A DNA stretch of 45,233 bases from Elainellaceae cyanobacterium (GTDB taxonomy: Bacteria > Cyanobacteriota > Cyanobacteriia > CAZCXK01): assembly GCA_051117555.1 (NCBI GenBank), contig JBNPEG010000001.1, positions 1 through 45,233 of the forward strand, given 5' to 3'. The notes beneath the pieces were generated by a model. That model was not told the DNA's origin and did no database searches. It saw nothing but the letters and a program-made list of their open reading frames with translations. The position numbers were made by a program, and so were the translations under genes. Of the stretch, positions 17,387 to 27,039 are shown piece after piece. Within the stretch, counting starts at the first letter, position 1; every line of letters begins with the position of its first letter.

Positions 17387-18775
17387 ATGACAACTGGGCT
17401 GGTCCTGATTGCGGCAGTTTTAATTCTGGGAGGTGTGATTGCGACATTGGGCGATCGCATCGGTATGCGTGTTGGCAAAGCTCGGCTCAGTTTGTTTAAT
17501 CTGCGTCCTCGCCAGACTGCAACATTAGTCACGATTTTGACTGGGGTGATTATTTCAGCGACGACTTTCGCCCTGTTATTCGCCGTTAGCGACCAGTTGA
17601 GAACGGGAGTCTTTGAACTCAGAGAAATCCAAGATGATTTAGAGGCAGCGCGCACTAATTTAGGTGCTGCCCGGACTGAGTTAAGTCAAGCCAGGAGTCA
17701 GCGAAACCGAGTGCAAACTGAGCTTGAAGAGGCTCGTGCTGAGCGACGTGACGCCCAGCAGCGACTCCGATCGATTAATCAGTCACTTGAAGACGCCATC
17801 GCCCGACAAGCGCGCACTGAATCTCAACTCGCCACCACTCGCGAAGAGCTCAACCGGATCGAGGCGAATTTTCAGCAGGCACAATCGCAATTGATAGAAG
17901 TCTCTCAGCAAGCCGACGCACTGCGTTCGGAGATTCAAGAGCTTGAAGCTGAGCGAGAGGCACAGATTGCCCAGCGGGATCGAGAAATCGCGGAGCGCAA
18001 TGAGGCGATCGCGGAACGAGAAGCCCGCCTGAGAGAATTAGAAAACCAGCGAGCCTCTCTCAATCGAGAACTGCAAAATCTAGAGCAAGAAATTAAAGCA
18101 CTGCGAGAGGGCAGCGTTGTATTGTTACGCAACCAAACTCTTGCATCAGGAGTCATACGGGTCATTGATCCAGACGCAGCTCCGCAAGCCGTTGACCAAC
18201 TGCTCCGAGAAGCCAATCGGTCGGCAATTCAAGCGATTTTACCGGGATCGGATGCTCAAGCGGTTCAGGTGATTCAGATCACCAATGCTGAGGTAGAACA
18301 GCTCATCAACGAAATTCGAGGCGGTGAAGATTACCTAGTCCGAATCTTTTCACAAGGAAATTATCTGGTCGGAGAACCCTGTGTCTTGGCAGGGCAAACC
18401 TGCATTCAGGTGGCGGCTGATGCAGTGATTAATGAGGTTGTCTTTGAGGAGGATGAAGTGTTGGCTGCGACTACCCTCGATCCGTCTGAAATGACGACCG
18501 AAAGCCTGATCGACCGTATTGAACTGCTCATCGCCGCAACTCAATTTCGAGCCCAGCGGGCTGGAATACTCTCTAATATTGTCCAAATTGCCTACGGTCG
18601 GGAGCAGCGCGTCAGCGAATTTTTCCAGACGTTGCAAGATTCTGATAATCCAGTGGAGGTTCAAACCGTTTCCGCAGAACCAATCTATACAGCAGGGCCG
18701 GTTATTGTCCATCTGGCTGCTGTTCTAGACGATCAGGTTTTATTTAGCACGGAAGATACCGATGAAGATATCTAA
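17387..18775 (+). CDS. DUF3084 coiled-coil protein
   Basis: GG.IAT.GDR.G..VGKARLSLF.LRPR.TA; long coiled coil; usual ntcA neighbour. Confidence 0.9.
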   Translation: MTTGLVLIAAVLILGGVIATLGDRIGMRVGKARLSLFNLRPRQTATLVTILTGVIISATTFALLFAVSDQLRTGVFELREIQDDLEAARTNLGAARTELSQARSQRNRVQTELEEARAERRDAQQRLRSINQSLEDAIARQARTESQLATTREELNRIEANFQQAQSQLIEVSQQADALRSEIQELEAEREAQIAQRDREIAERNEAIAEREARLRELENQRASLNRELQNLEQEIKALREGSVVLLRNQTLASGVIRVIDPDAAPQAVDQLLREANRSAIQAILPGSDAQAVQVIQITNAEVEQLINEIRGGEDYLVRIFSQGNYLVGEPCVLAGQTCIQVAADAVINEVVFEEDEVLAATTLDPSEMTTESLIDRIELLIAATQFRAQRAGILSNIVQIAYGREQRVSEFFQTLQDSDNPVEVQTVSAEPIYTAGPVIVHLAAVLDDQVLFSTEDTDEDI

Positions 18776-18987
18776 TCAGAGAATAGAAGTTCAAGCGAAT
18801 TGATGCGATTATCCTAAGGTTCTAGTCCTGGTTTAATCACAGTTTGGATCGCCTTACGCTCTCGCGTTCGGATATCAGACGAATGTAGGCTCTCTGCGGC
18901 GCTGGGGGTCTATGCACAAATCCAAGCCCGCAGGGATATAGTTTGTGAAACCTGATTGGTTCGTCGAATTTGGGTCATCGTTCGTTC

Positions 18988-19425
18988 ATGGTCACCTCTG
19001 ATTTTGAGCACCCTAAACAACCTGTGATCCTGGGATTTGATCCGGGACGACAGAAATGTGGTCTAGCCATTATGGGGCTCGACCGAGTGCTCTATTATCA
19101 TCAGGTTGTTTCGGCAGAGAGGGCGATCGCCACCGTTCAAGATCTCCGCAAGCAATTTCCCATTTCAATAGTGGTAATTGGGGATCAAACCTCTGCGAAG
19201 GATTGGAAAGAACGATTGACAGAAAATTTGACAGATTCTCCCTCGATTGTGATGGTTGACGAACGCTATACCACCTTAGAAGCCCGCGATCGCTACTGGG
19301 ATATGAATCCACCTCATGGCATTTACCGTCTGCTTCCTCAATCATTGCGTCGCATTCCGTGTCCCATCGACGATATCGTGGCAATTTTATTAATCGAACG
19401 ATACTTAGGACGATTAACAAACTAA
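18988..19425 (+). CDS. YqgF/RuvX-like RNase H-fold nuclease
   Basis: ILGFDPG..KCG, VDERYTT.EAR, DDIVA. Confidence 0.85.
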   Translation: MVTSDFEHPKQPVILGFDPGRQKCGLAIMGLDRVLYYHQVVSAERAIATVQDLRKQFPISIVVIGDQTSAKDWKERLTENLTDSPSIVMVDERYTTLEARDRYWDMNPPHGIYRLLPQSLRRIPCPIDDIVAILLIERYLGRLTN

Positions 19426-19640
19426 TAATTTGGGGACAATACTCCCCACGCTGCTATAGAGTCGAGTTAAAGTGCGATTCAGCAAATGGCAAGGAAGCAG
19501 ATCATGACCTGCAATAGGCAAGCAATAGGCAAATTGGCGCTTTGATTGCCCGTTAGATTAAAGGAGCTAATTTCACAAAACTTTATTCCGTCGCATTCGT
19601 AGCTTATACTCATGAGGGTGACAAAAAGGAGTGAATATAG

Positions 19641-20582
19641 ATGTCGGAGGCAGAGCGGCCCCTGACTGAGACAAAAATTACGGTACCCAAAGAACTACTC
19701 GGTTCTCATGGTGCAATGAGTCCAAATCTGCTGATGTTTCTGTCTGCCGTGCTGATGGTTACGGCATCAGTGCTTGGATATTGGCAGTGGAGTTGGCCTG
19801 GGTGGTGCTGTTTTATTACAAACGTGATTGCGCTTCACCTGGTCGGGACTGTAATTCACGATGCGTCTCATAACGTGGCACACCACAATCGAATTGTGAA
19901 TGCTGCCTTAGGGCATGGCAGCGCCTTGATGTTGGGGTTTTCTTTTCCGGTGTTTACTCGTGTTCATATGCAGCATCATGCCCATGTTAATGATCCTGAC
20001 AATGATCCTGACCATTTTGTATCGACAGGCGGGCCACTTTGGCTAATTGCTGCACGTTTCTTCTACCACGAAGTGTATTTCTTTCGCCGCCAGCTCTGGC
20101 GCAAGTTTGAGCTGTTTGAGTGGTTTTTGAGTCGTCTAGCAGTCGCAACCATGGTCTTTTTGGCGATTCAATATAACTTTTTGGGCTACATTTTCAACTT
20201 CTGGTTTTCTCCAGCCTTGGTTGTCGGCTTAGCTCTAGGGTTGTTTTTTGATTATTTGCCCCATCGTCCCTTCAAAGAGCGCGATCGCTGGAAAAATGCC
20301 AGGGTGTATCCTAGTCCGATTTTGAATCTATTGATCATGGGGCAAAACTATCATCTGATTCATCATTTGTGGCCTTCAATTCCTTGGTATAACTATCAAG
20401 CAGCCTATCAAGCAACTCGACCGCTTCTAGATGAAAAGGGATGCCATCAATCTCTAGGCTTACTTCGAGGCAGAGACTTTCTAAGCTTTCTCTACGACAT
20501 TGTCTTAGGGATTCGATTCCATGGGCATAGTGTCCAAAAATCTGTAACGGAGTCGGTGCAGAAAACTAAGAAGCAGTCATAG
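19641..20582 (+). CDS. crtR: Beta-carotene hydroxylase
   Basis: His boxes HDASH, HMQHH, HLIHH; FFDYLPHRPF. Confidence 0.92.
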   Translation: MSEAERPLTETKITVPKELLGSHGAMSPNLLMFLSAVLMVTASVLGYWQWSWPGWCCFITNVIALHLVGTVIHDASHNVAHHNRIVNAALGHGSALMLGFSFPVFTRVHMQHHAHVNDPDNDPDHFVSTGGPLWLIAARFFYHEVYFFRRQLWRKFELFEWFLSRLAVATMVFLAIQYNFLGYIFNFWFSPALVVGLALGLFFDYLPHRPFKERDRWKNARVYPSPILNLLIMGQNYHLIHHLWPSIPWYNYQAAYQATRPLLDEKGCHQSLGLLRGRDFLSFLYDIVLGIRFHGHSVQKSVTESVQKTKKQS

Positions 20583-20659
20583 GATCGCATCCAACGGCGA
20601 GCAGCAATTCCAGGCATTACTTCATGTAGGATTTGGGATTGCCCATACATAGGAACTAC

Positions 20660-20690
20660 AAGGCATCTGGTAAGGGTGCCTTATTTTTAT
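20660..20690 (+). terminator. Probable intrinsic terminator after crtR
   Basis: AAGGCATC…GGTGCCTT stem followed by ATTTTTAT. Confidence 0.6.
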
Positions 20691-21001
20691 GAGACAGCGG
20701 TGCGTTACGCTGACACCCTATTTCCGCCTTTTGCCTTCCGCCTTCTGGTTGACCAAACGCATAAATGGTAGCCCCCGAACATTAAAAATTGTGCTGAATT
20801 TCGGGCGATCGCCTGAAATTTCAAGGAATTTCTAAATTTGTAGTGCAATCTACGCGATCCCCTTAGATTAGTGGCTGATTGGGCTTATTCTCGCGATCGC
20901 CCCGCTAGCTGTAGCGCAGACTCGCTTGAGACTGACCTGAGGAGTCTGAGGGTTTATGTCACAATGAAATTCATTGCGTTAAGGATATAAATGCGGCGCT
21001 C

Positions 21002-22567
21002 GTGATTGAGGTAGAAGTTCATCAACAGCTTCGTGCGTTTCTGCGTCAGCAGGGAGAGCCATACTGGCCTCACCATCTGACAATGGCTCGATTGGTTGCG
21101 CGTGCTCTACGCCTAGAGCGGAGTGCATTAATTCAGGCTGGGGCTCCGTCGGGGTATCACGGGCGCTATCGCCTAAGCTATCTGATGGCGGCGCTCATCT
21201 GGTCAGGCCCAGTGATTATCGTGGCACCAGAGCCTATTCAGACGCGTTTGCTGAGGGTTGAAATACCTCGGTTGCGCCAGTGGATTTCAAACCATAAACC
21301 CATTCAAACGGGCGATCGCATTCCCGCTGAATCGTTCGACGGTATCCTGATGATGTCGCCCCAAGCTTGGTTGCGCGATCGCCTAGAAACACGGCATTTG
21401 CCTCTAGGAGTGCCAACCATTCTTGATGGAGCAGACGATTTGGCTCACTGGGCGCATGAACAGCTTACAGCGACGATTCATCCTCAAGATTGGGACAGTT
21501 TGATGCTGGCATGTCCCGATCAAACTACCATCATTCGGGATATCCGAGTGCAGCTAACTCGTCATATTTTTCAGCATCCTAACAACCCCTACAACTGCTA
21601 TCTCGTTGATTCATTTGAGCAAGATCTGTTGCGAGAGCTGGCTCAGCGGCTTCAGTTTTCTCCCAATCCGGCCTCTCAAACTCAACATCATTCGTCGTCT
21701 CGATATCTGCCCAACAACTGGGAGCGGTTTTTGGGGAATGTCCATGCACAGGATCAGGTAATCTGGGCTGAAATTGCGCGCCGCCAGGGACAATTTTCGC
21801 TCTATTGTGGGCCTGCTGATGTTGCCACCGCTCTCAAACCTATTTGGCTGGAGCAGCCGATCGTCCTGATTGGGGGGGCTGTCGATCTCGAACCCGATGC
21901 ATCCATTTATAGACAGCAGATTGGATTGGGCGAATTAACCTATCTCAAGTTTTCTCTCGATCGCCAGAATGAGCTGATTCAACTATATTTGCCCGATCGT
22001 CTGCCAATGCCCAATACGCCTCAATTCCAGCCTGCCTTGCTCCAAAAGATGCGCATGCTGCTAGCGGCAAGTGCTGATCGGGAAGGGCTGACGGTGCTGC
22101 TCGTGGGTGATATGCCGCTCAAGGCTCAGGTGGGCGCCGTCATGGCATCAGAATTTGGATCACGCGTTCAAGTTGAAAAAACGTGTTTTGATGAAAATGG
22201 CATTTTGGTGACAGGATGGGCATTTTGGCGACACCATCAAGCGGTCTTGCCAACGCCAAACTTACTCGTAATTGCGACACTCCCCATTCCATCTCTTGAA
22301 GATCCGCGAGTTGCAGGGCGTGTCTCCCACTATAAGCGCAAGCGGCAGGATTGGTTCCGGCTATATCTCTTGCCAGAAGCACTCAGCGAACTTCAGCGGG
22401 CGATCGCCCCGATGCGCGAAACCCAAGGCGTTGTCGCCTTGTTAGACAACCGGGTCAACCATCGTAGCTATGGACATCAAGTCTTGGCTGCATTGAGCCC
22501 GCTAGCGCGAATTAATTATTTGGATGCCAGCATCTTTACTGCCGCAGACTACCCTGTGCTTGATTAA
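21002..22567 (+). CDS. DinG-like helicase C-terminal-domain protein (cyanobacterial)
   Basis: WPHHLTMARLVARAL; LP.PS.E.P…DWFRLYLLP…LLD.R..HRSYG. Confidence 0.8.
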   Translation: MIEVEVHQQLRAFLRQQGEPYWPHHLTMARLVARALRLERSALIQAGAPSGYHGRYRLSYLMAALIWSGPVIIVAPEPIQTRLLRVEIPRLRQWISNHKPIQTGDRIPAESFDGILMMSPQAWLRDRLETRHLPLGVPTILDGADDLAHWAHEQLTATIHPQDWDSLMLACPDQTTIIRDIRVQLTRHIFQHPNNPYNCYLVDSFEQDLLRELAQRLQFSPNPASQTQHHSSSRYLPNNWERFLGNVHAQDQVIWAEIARRQGQFSLYCGPADVATALKPIWLEQPIVLIGGAVDLEPDASIYRQQIGLGELTYLKFSLDRQNELIQLYLPDRLPMPNTPQFQPALLQKMRMLLAASADREGLTVLLVGDMPLKAQVGAVMASEFGSRVQVEKTCFDENGILVTGWAFWRHHQAVLPTPNLLVIATLPIPSLEDPRVAGRVSHYKRKRQDWFRLYLLPEALSELQRAIAPMRETQGVVALLDNRVNHRSYGHQVLAALSPLARINYLDASIFTAADYPVLD

Positions 22568-22687
22568 GGAACGTATCTATTTATCTGTCTTCTACTCCGA
22601 ATCTCAAATTCAAGCTGAAAATAGATAATGAACTTGCAGTGTTTTCACCGAGCAGGAGCTCAACATTTCAAACGACGGAGGTCAGTA

Positions 22688-22903
22688 ATGGGTGACGCAA
22701 AACGCCGTAAAGAGAATATGGGAGAAAAATATGGGCAAGAGCCGAATATTTTTCCCTGGTTGCCAATCAAAAAGAGGCTCGCTCAGCAGTTTGTCAAACT
22801 AACAACTCGTGGAGCCTGGGTCGGGATTGGTGCTCTGGTGTTTTATTGGGTAGTGGTTCGTTTTATTGGGCCTAGCTTGGGCTGGTGGCAGATTCAGCAG
22901 TAA
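22688..22903 (+). CDS. DUF2839-family protein
   Basis: MGDAKRRKE…PWLP…TRGAW.GIG…VRFIGP..GWW. Confidence 0.88.
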   Translation: MGDAKRRKENMGEKYGQEPNIFPWLPIKKRLAQQFVKLTTRGAWVGIGALVFYWVVVRFIGPSLGWWQIQQ

Positions 22904-23139
22904 CGAAACCTCATCTCATTCAGATCATTGATAATCGGTCATCTGTCCTGAGATTGTTTATAGCTATTCCCACCGTTAGATTTAGAGATGAATCATTCCA
23001 GCTATGATTGGCAATGATTTATCTCTAAATTTTTCTAGGGAGAAATGTAGCAATTTTCAATCGTGTTAAATACCGAAATGATGGTGTGGTGTATGCCGCG
23101 CCCCATATTGCCGTGCTTAAATCAAGCTCACATTGCTTA

Positions 23140-23231
23140 TATATCAGTCCTAGATGGGTTGTGAGTGGTAGGGCGGGCGGCGTCCGCTCCACCACTCACA
23201 CACAATTCACAAGCGATTTAGGATCGCTATA
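23140..23231. mobile_element. MITE with TATA-ended inverted repeats
   Basis: TATATCAGTCCTAGATGGGTTGTGA … TCACAAGCGATTTAGGATCGCTATA; internal hairpin. Confidence 0.7.
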
Positions 23232-23651
23232 GTTAGATGAGCATCTTTGATTAATGTCATGAGTTTGTCTAATGCATCCCCCGAATAGTCTTGTGCCTAT
23301 GATTTAACTGGATTTGTTAGTTCTGCTTATATCAGTAGTCAAGCTCTTATAAAACGGGTTAGTCTAGGAAGAGATTTGTCGAAACAAGACTTATCGTTTG
23401 CTTAAGGATATACTTTTTAGACTGTCACACTTAATACTTTGTTGGCGTAAACCGTTAGCTAACCTGGGTAGAAGTCGATAGGGTGTATTGAAAATAGCCG
23501 TATTGTATCGGGTTGGCGCCGACCGTCAGTAAGTAGAGAAGATGCTTCTTCTTGCAATGCGTTTGAGTGAATCAAGCCTACAGCTCATAGGATTAAATGT
23601 TAAGAAATTATTTAAGGCGTTTAGAATCAAGTGTGGTGACAGGAGGTAAGC

Positions 23652-23996
23652 ATGTTTCTTAGACTTGCAGAGCAGCATCGCCAGTTCGTCCAAGACCTGG
23701 TAACCAATCTTCAGGCTTTAGCGATTGTTCTAGAAAATAGAGGATATCTCGCATCGTGCTATACCTGTGGAGGGCGGATGAATAGTGCGTCGTTTATGGC
23801 TAGCCTTGGCGATGATCATCTGATTCGGTTCTTGGTATCCGATTATGGCATCACCTGGACGGAGATGCGAGACGACCGAGAGCTCATGAAATTAGAAGGA
23901 GCTGAGGCAATTAGCCAACTTCAAGAGCTTGCGAATCTGGTGAAATATCAGATCAAACCATCTGATTATCGTCCGGCAGTTGCTCAGGTGTCGTAA
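23652..23996 (+). CDS. DUF1815-family protein
   Basis: AGGAGG RBS; MF.RLA.QHR…ASCYTCG…HLIRFLVSDYGITWTE. Confidence 0.88.
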   Translation: MFLRLAEQHRQFVQDLVTNLQALAIVLENRGYLASCYTCGGRMNSASFMASLGDDHLIRFLVSDYGITWTEMRDDRELMKLEGAEAISQLQELANLVKYQIKPSDYRPAVAQVS

Positions 23997-24143
23997 GATC
24001 GTTACAAGAAAATCCATGAACCTCTTACCATCCAGGGATAGTAAGAGTCGCTTCGATGCCTCCTCTACTATGATCCCAGATGATGCTAGGGTTCCTGATG
24101 CCGGCCTGATGATAGCTTGATGTAATCTGCGTGACCTAGACCG

Positions 24144-24962
24144 CTAGTGAGCTCTTACAAATAAGTCGTAAAGCGAGAGCAAGATCTCACCGACGATCAG
24201 TAGCACGATGTACCATTCAACCCGCAATGCGCTGTTGTGCTGCATGAGCCCCAATACAGTTTCAGCGGTGCGAGAAATGAGATCAAGTTTTCGTTCGAGG
24301 GCGAGATGGCGCTCCCGAATTTCGTATTCGTCTTCTAGTCGGAGGTAAAGCCGCTCAAGCTCCGGCGCGTCCCATAGTAGTTCAGGCTTATCAATAATTT
24401 CGACGCGACCTACAATCTTATGCTGAATTGAGAGAGCCCTTCCCAATTGCCTGAGCAATTCTTTGCCCCAGCGTTCATTTTTGGTACTGCGTTGCAGCCC
24501 CTCAGCAAATGGCTCGACTTGCTTAAAGATTTGAGCGGTACGCGACTCGTAGTGGGCGAGGACAACGCTCTTGGCCAAGACATCAGCGACGATTTGCAAC
24601 TGTTCGATCCCCGATTTGACCAGCCATATGATGCCATTTTCAACTCGCCCTGCTCCGGCACTATCAAGTTGAAGCGTCACCTCTTCAGTCTCAGGTGAAG
24701 AAAATGAATCGGCGATGAGCGATTCGAGCTGATTGAGAAACGATGCTTCCTCGACGGGTTCTAGTCCAAATAAAACAACAACGCCATACGGAAACAAGAC
24801 GGCATAGCCGTCATTTCCTGCATTAACGACTAAAGGACCCGTCGCGAGACTATTGGTGTGCTCCATCGAGCGAAGCTTAAGCTCCTCTCCAATGAAGATT
24901 GCCCGACCTTTGACATTGGTTTGTGTAATGGAGGATTGTTTGGTAGGAATGAGATCTTGCAT
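24144..24962 (-). CDS. RMD1/DUF155-family protein
   Basis: LF.YGVVV.F, LAKSV.L..YE, P.LLW, YEI.ER…L..KL, EW.I..LI. Confidence 0.88.
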   Translation of the reverse strand: MQDLIPTKQSSITQTNVKGRAIFIGEELKLRSMEHTNSLATGPLVVNAGNDGYAVLFPYGVVVLFGLEPVEEASFLNQLESLIADSFSSPETEEVTLQLDSAGAGRVENGIIWLVKSGIEQLQIVADVLAKSVVLAHYESRTAQIFKQVEPFAEGLQRSTKNERWGKELLRQLGRALSIQHKIVGRVEIIDKPELLWDAPELERLYLRLEDEYEIRERHLALERKLDLISRTAETVLGLMQHNSALRVEWYIVLLIVGEILLSLYDLFVRAH

Positions 24963-25510
24963 ATAACAATTATGACGCGATCGCCTACTTGAACGAGTAC
25001 GGAGAGTTACCCTTTGAGCTTTAATTCAGAGATAACTCAGCATTCTAGTGCGATCGCATCCGCTTTGGGTGTAACAGTTGACATACTTAGCGAGTTATTT
25101 TGCTAAGCATTGGCTAAAGATACGGCATCGACAGCCCACTTCTAGTCTAAGCTCTGACCCTCGTGGATGGGCAAAAAAAACCCTCGATAGCTGCTCAGAT
25201 CTGACTCGACAAGATGCTTATCGTTGATTAATGCATCCTGGTTTTTTCGCGTATTGACACACTTTTGCCCAAAGACTTGCGCGAGTTCCGGGAGGGCCCG
25301 CAGAAAATATCACTCTATCACCGCCTATCATAGGCACGATTTTAACCCCGCAAACCGGACATGTTTGAGATTTTTGCTCAGACATGAGACGTATTTCGTA
25401 ATATTAATAGTAGTTAGGAGCGGCGATCGCTCAATATGTATAGAATACTACATTCCTCCCCGAATTGATTCTATCAGGCAATTTAGTGCAGGCAATTTAG
25501 TACAGGCAAT

Positions 25511-26821
25511 TCAATAAATATTGGCGGATTGCAATGTCTGCTGACATCGTTCCATATAAATTTCGGCAACCGAATCGGTCGGATTAGTGTCTATAATTTG
25601 CTGAAAGTAGGCTAAAGCTCTATCAAATTCTTTGGCATTCCAAGCGCTGATACCCTGTGTGTATAGGGATTGTGCTTTGATTTTTAGCGTATCAATTGGC
25701 TGAGTGCAGGAGCCCATTACTTCATAGAGCTCAACGAGTTTGCGTTTACCGCGCGGTAATACAGAGTCAATCCAGCGTAGATGAAAATGGTTGGGTCGAG
25801 TCAATCGGGCTATCACCGCATTGCTCGTTAAAACCTGGCAGCCATAAATCTTAGTGAGTTCTTCTAAACGAGATGCTGTATTGACGACATCTCCAATCAC
25901 CGTTGAATCCATTCGATGATTTGAGCCAACTGTGCCAATCAGCCCAATTCCGCTATGAACGCCGATTCCGATATTGAGCGGACTCGTCAACCCAAATTGA
26001 TCTCGATTGCAGTTAAATTTGATCAGGGTTTGACGCATGGCGATCGCAGCATTGAGGGCATCTTGGGCATGAACCGTCGGGCGATCAAACACTGCTAAAA
26101 CTGCATCACCCAAATATTTATCGATACATCCGTGGTGAGTGATAATCACATCGTTCATGCGCTGAAAGAATACATTCAGCCACTTAAAGGTTTCAGCTGC
26201 GTGTTGAGATTCTGCGATCGCTGTAAATTCGCGGATATCACAGAATAAGACTGACATCTCTGCTTCAATTGAATTGCCGACCTGGATTGAATCGACTCCA
26301 CCCGGCGCAATTCTTTCTAAAAACTGATCGGGTACAAAGAGACGAAACTTTTCAGACAACGATTCATTGGCTTTCCATGCGATCGCCACTTGCTGCTGAA
26401 ATCGGTCATTTGCCTGGGTTTCTGACTGTTGCGATCGTAGATGATGTAGCTTCAGAACATTAGCAACCTTCGCAAGTAATAGACGACTCCGAATCGGCTT
26501 TGTTAGATAGTCATCCCCTGTAACTTCCAATCCTTTCAGCCGCGATTCTTCATCATCGAGAGCAGTCAGAAAGATAATAGGAGTCACACTTAACGATGCA
26601 TTACTTCTGAGCTGATGGCATACCTCAAAGCCATCCATTCCTGGCATCATGACATCAAGCAAAATTAAATCGGGCTGAGCGCTGTAAGCAATATCGAGTG
26701 CTTGCTGCCCAGATGATGCAGACTGAGTTTCATATCCTTCAGCGGCTAGAAGTTCCTCTAAAAGAAATAAATTATTCTCATCATCATCGACTAGCAATAT
26801 GTAAGGCAACTTAGACTGCAT
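25511..26821 (-). CDS. Response regulator receiver plus class III adenylate cyclase (C-terminal TPR-like segment)
   Basis: ILLVDD…LLDVMMPG..G; FCDIREFT, DKYLGD, TVIGDVVNTASRLE. Confidence 0.92.
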   Translation of the reverse strand: MQSKLPYILLVDDDENNLFLLEELLAAEGYETQSASSGQQALDIAYSAQPDLILLDVMMPGMDGFEVCHQLRSNASLSVTPIIFLTALDDEESRLKGLEVTGDDYLTKPIRSRLLLAKVANVLKLHHLRSQQSETQANDRFQQQVAIAWKANESLSEKFRLFVPDQFLERIAPGGVDSIQVGNSIEAEMSVLFCDIREFTAIAESQHAAETFKWLNVFFQRMNDVIITHHGCIDKYLGDAVLAVFDRPTVHAQDALNAAIAMRQTLIKFNCNRDQFGLTSPLNIGIGVHSGIGLIGTVGSNHRMDSTVIGDVVNTASRLEELTKIYGCQVLTSNAVIARLTRPNHFHLRWIDSVLPRGKRKLVELYEVMGSCTQPIDTLKIKAQSLYTQGISAWNAKEFDRALAYFQQIIDTNPTDSVAEIYMERCQQTLQSANIY

Positions 26822-27039
26822 GGGAATGAATAAGCAATCAACGGGAATATAATAGATTTATCTGTGGTCAGTCTGGAAAAGAAACTAGCTCTAAGTTCAG
26901 CGCGTCTTCGTGCTGCATGAAACTAAGCATGATAGAGAATGTCACTCTTCTGAATTAAACCCCAAAAAACGACTGACGATTCCTAATAAACGATGATGCA
27001 TCCCTGATTGGACAAGCCATTAGCAGCCTATGGCAACTA

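Noticed and set aside
25133..25180. GCCCA…TGGGC hairpin with an A-tract as a terminator
   Set aside because: The U-tract would precede the stem on the minus strand and is absent after it on the plus strand.
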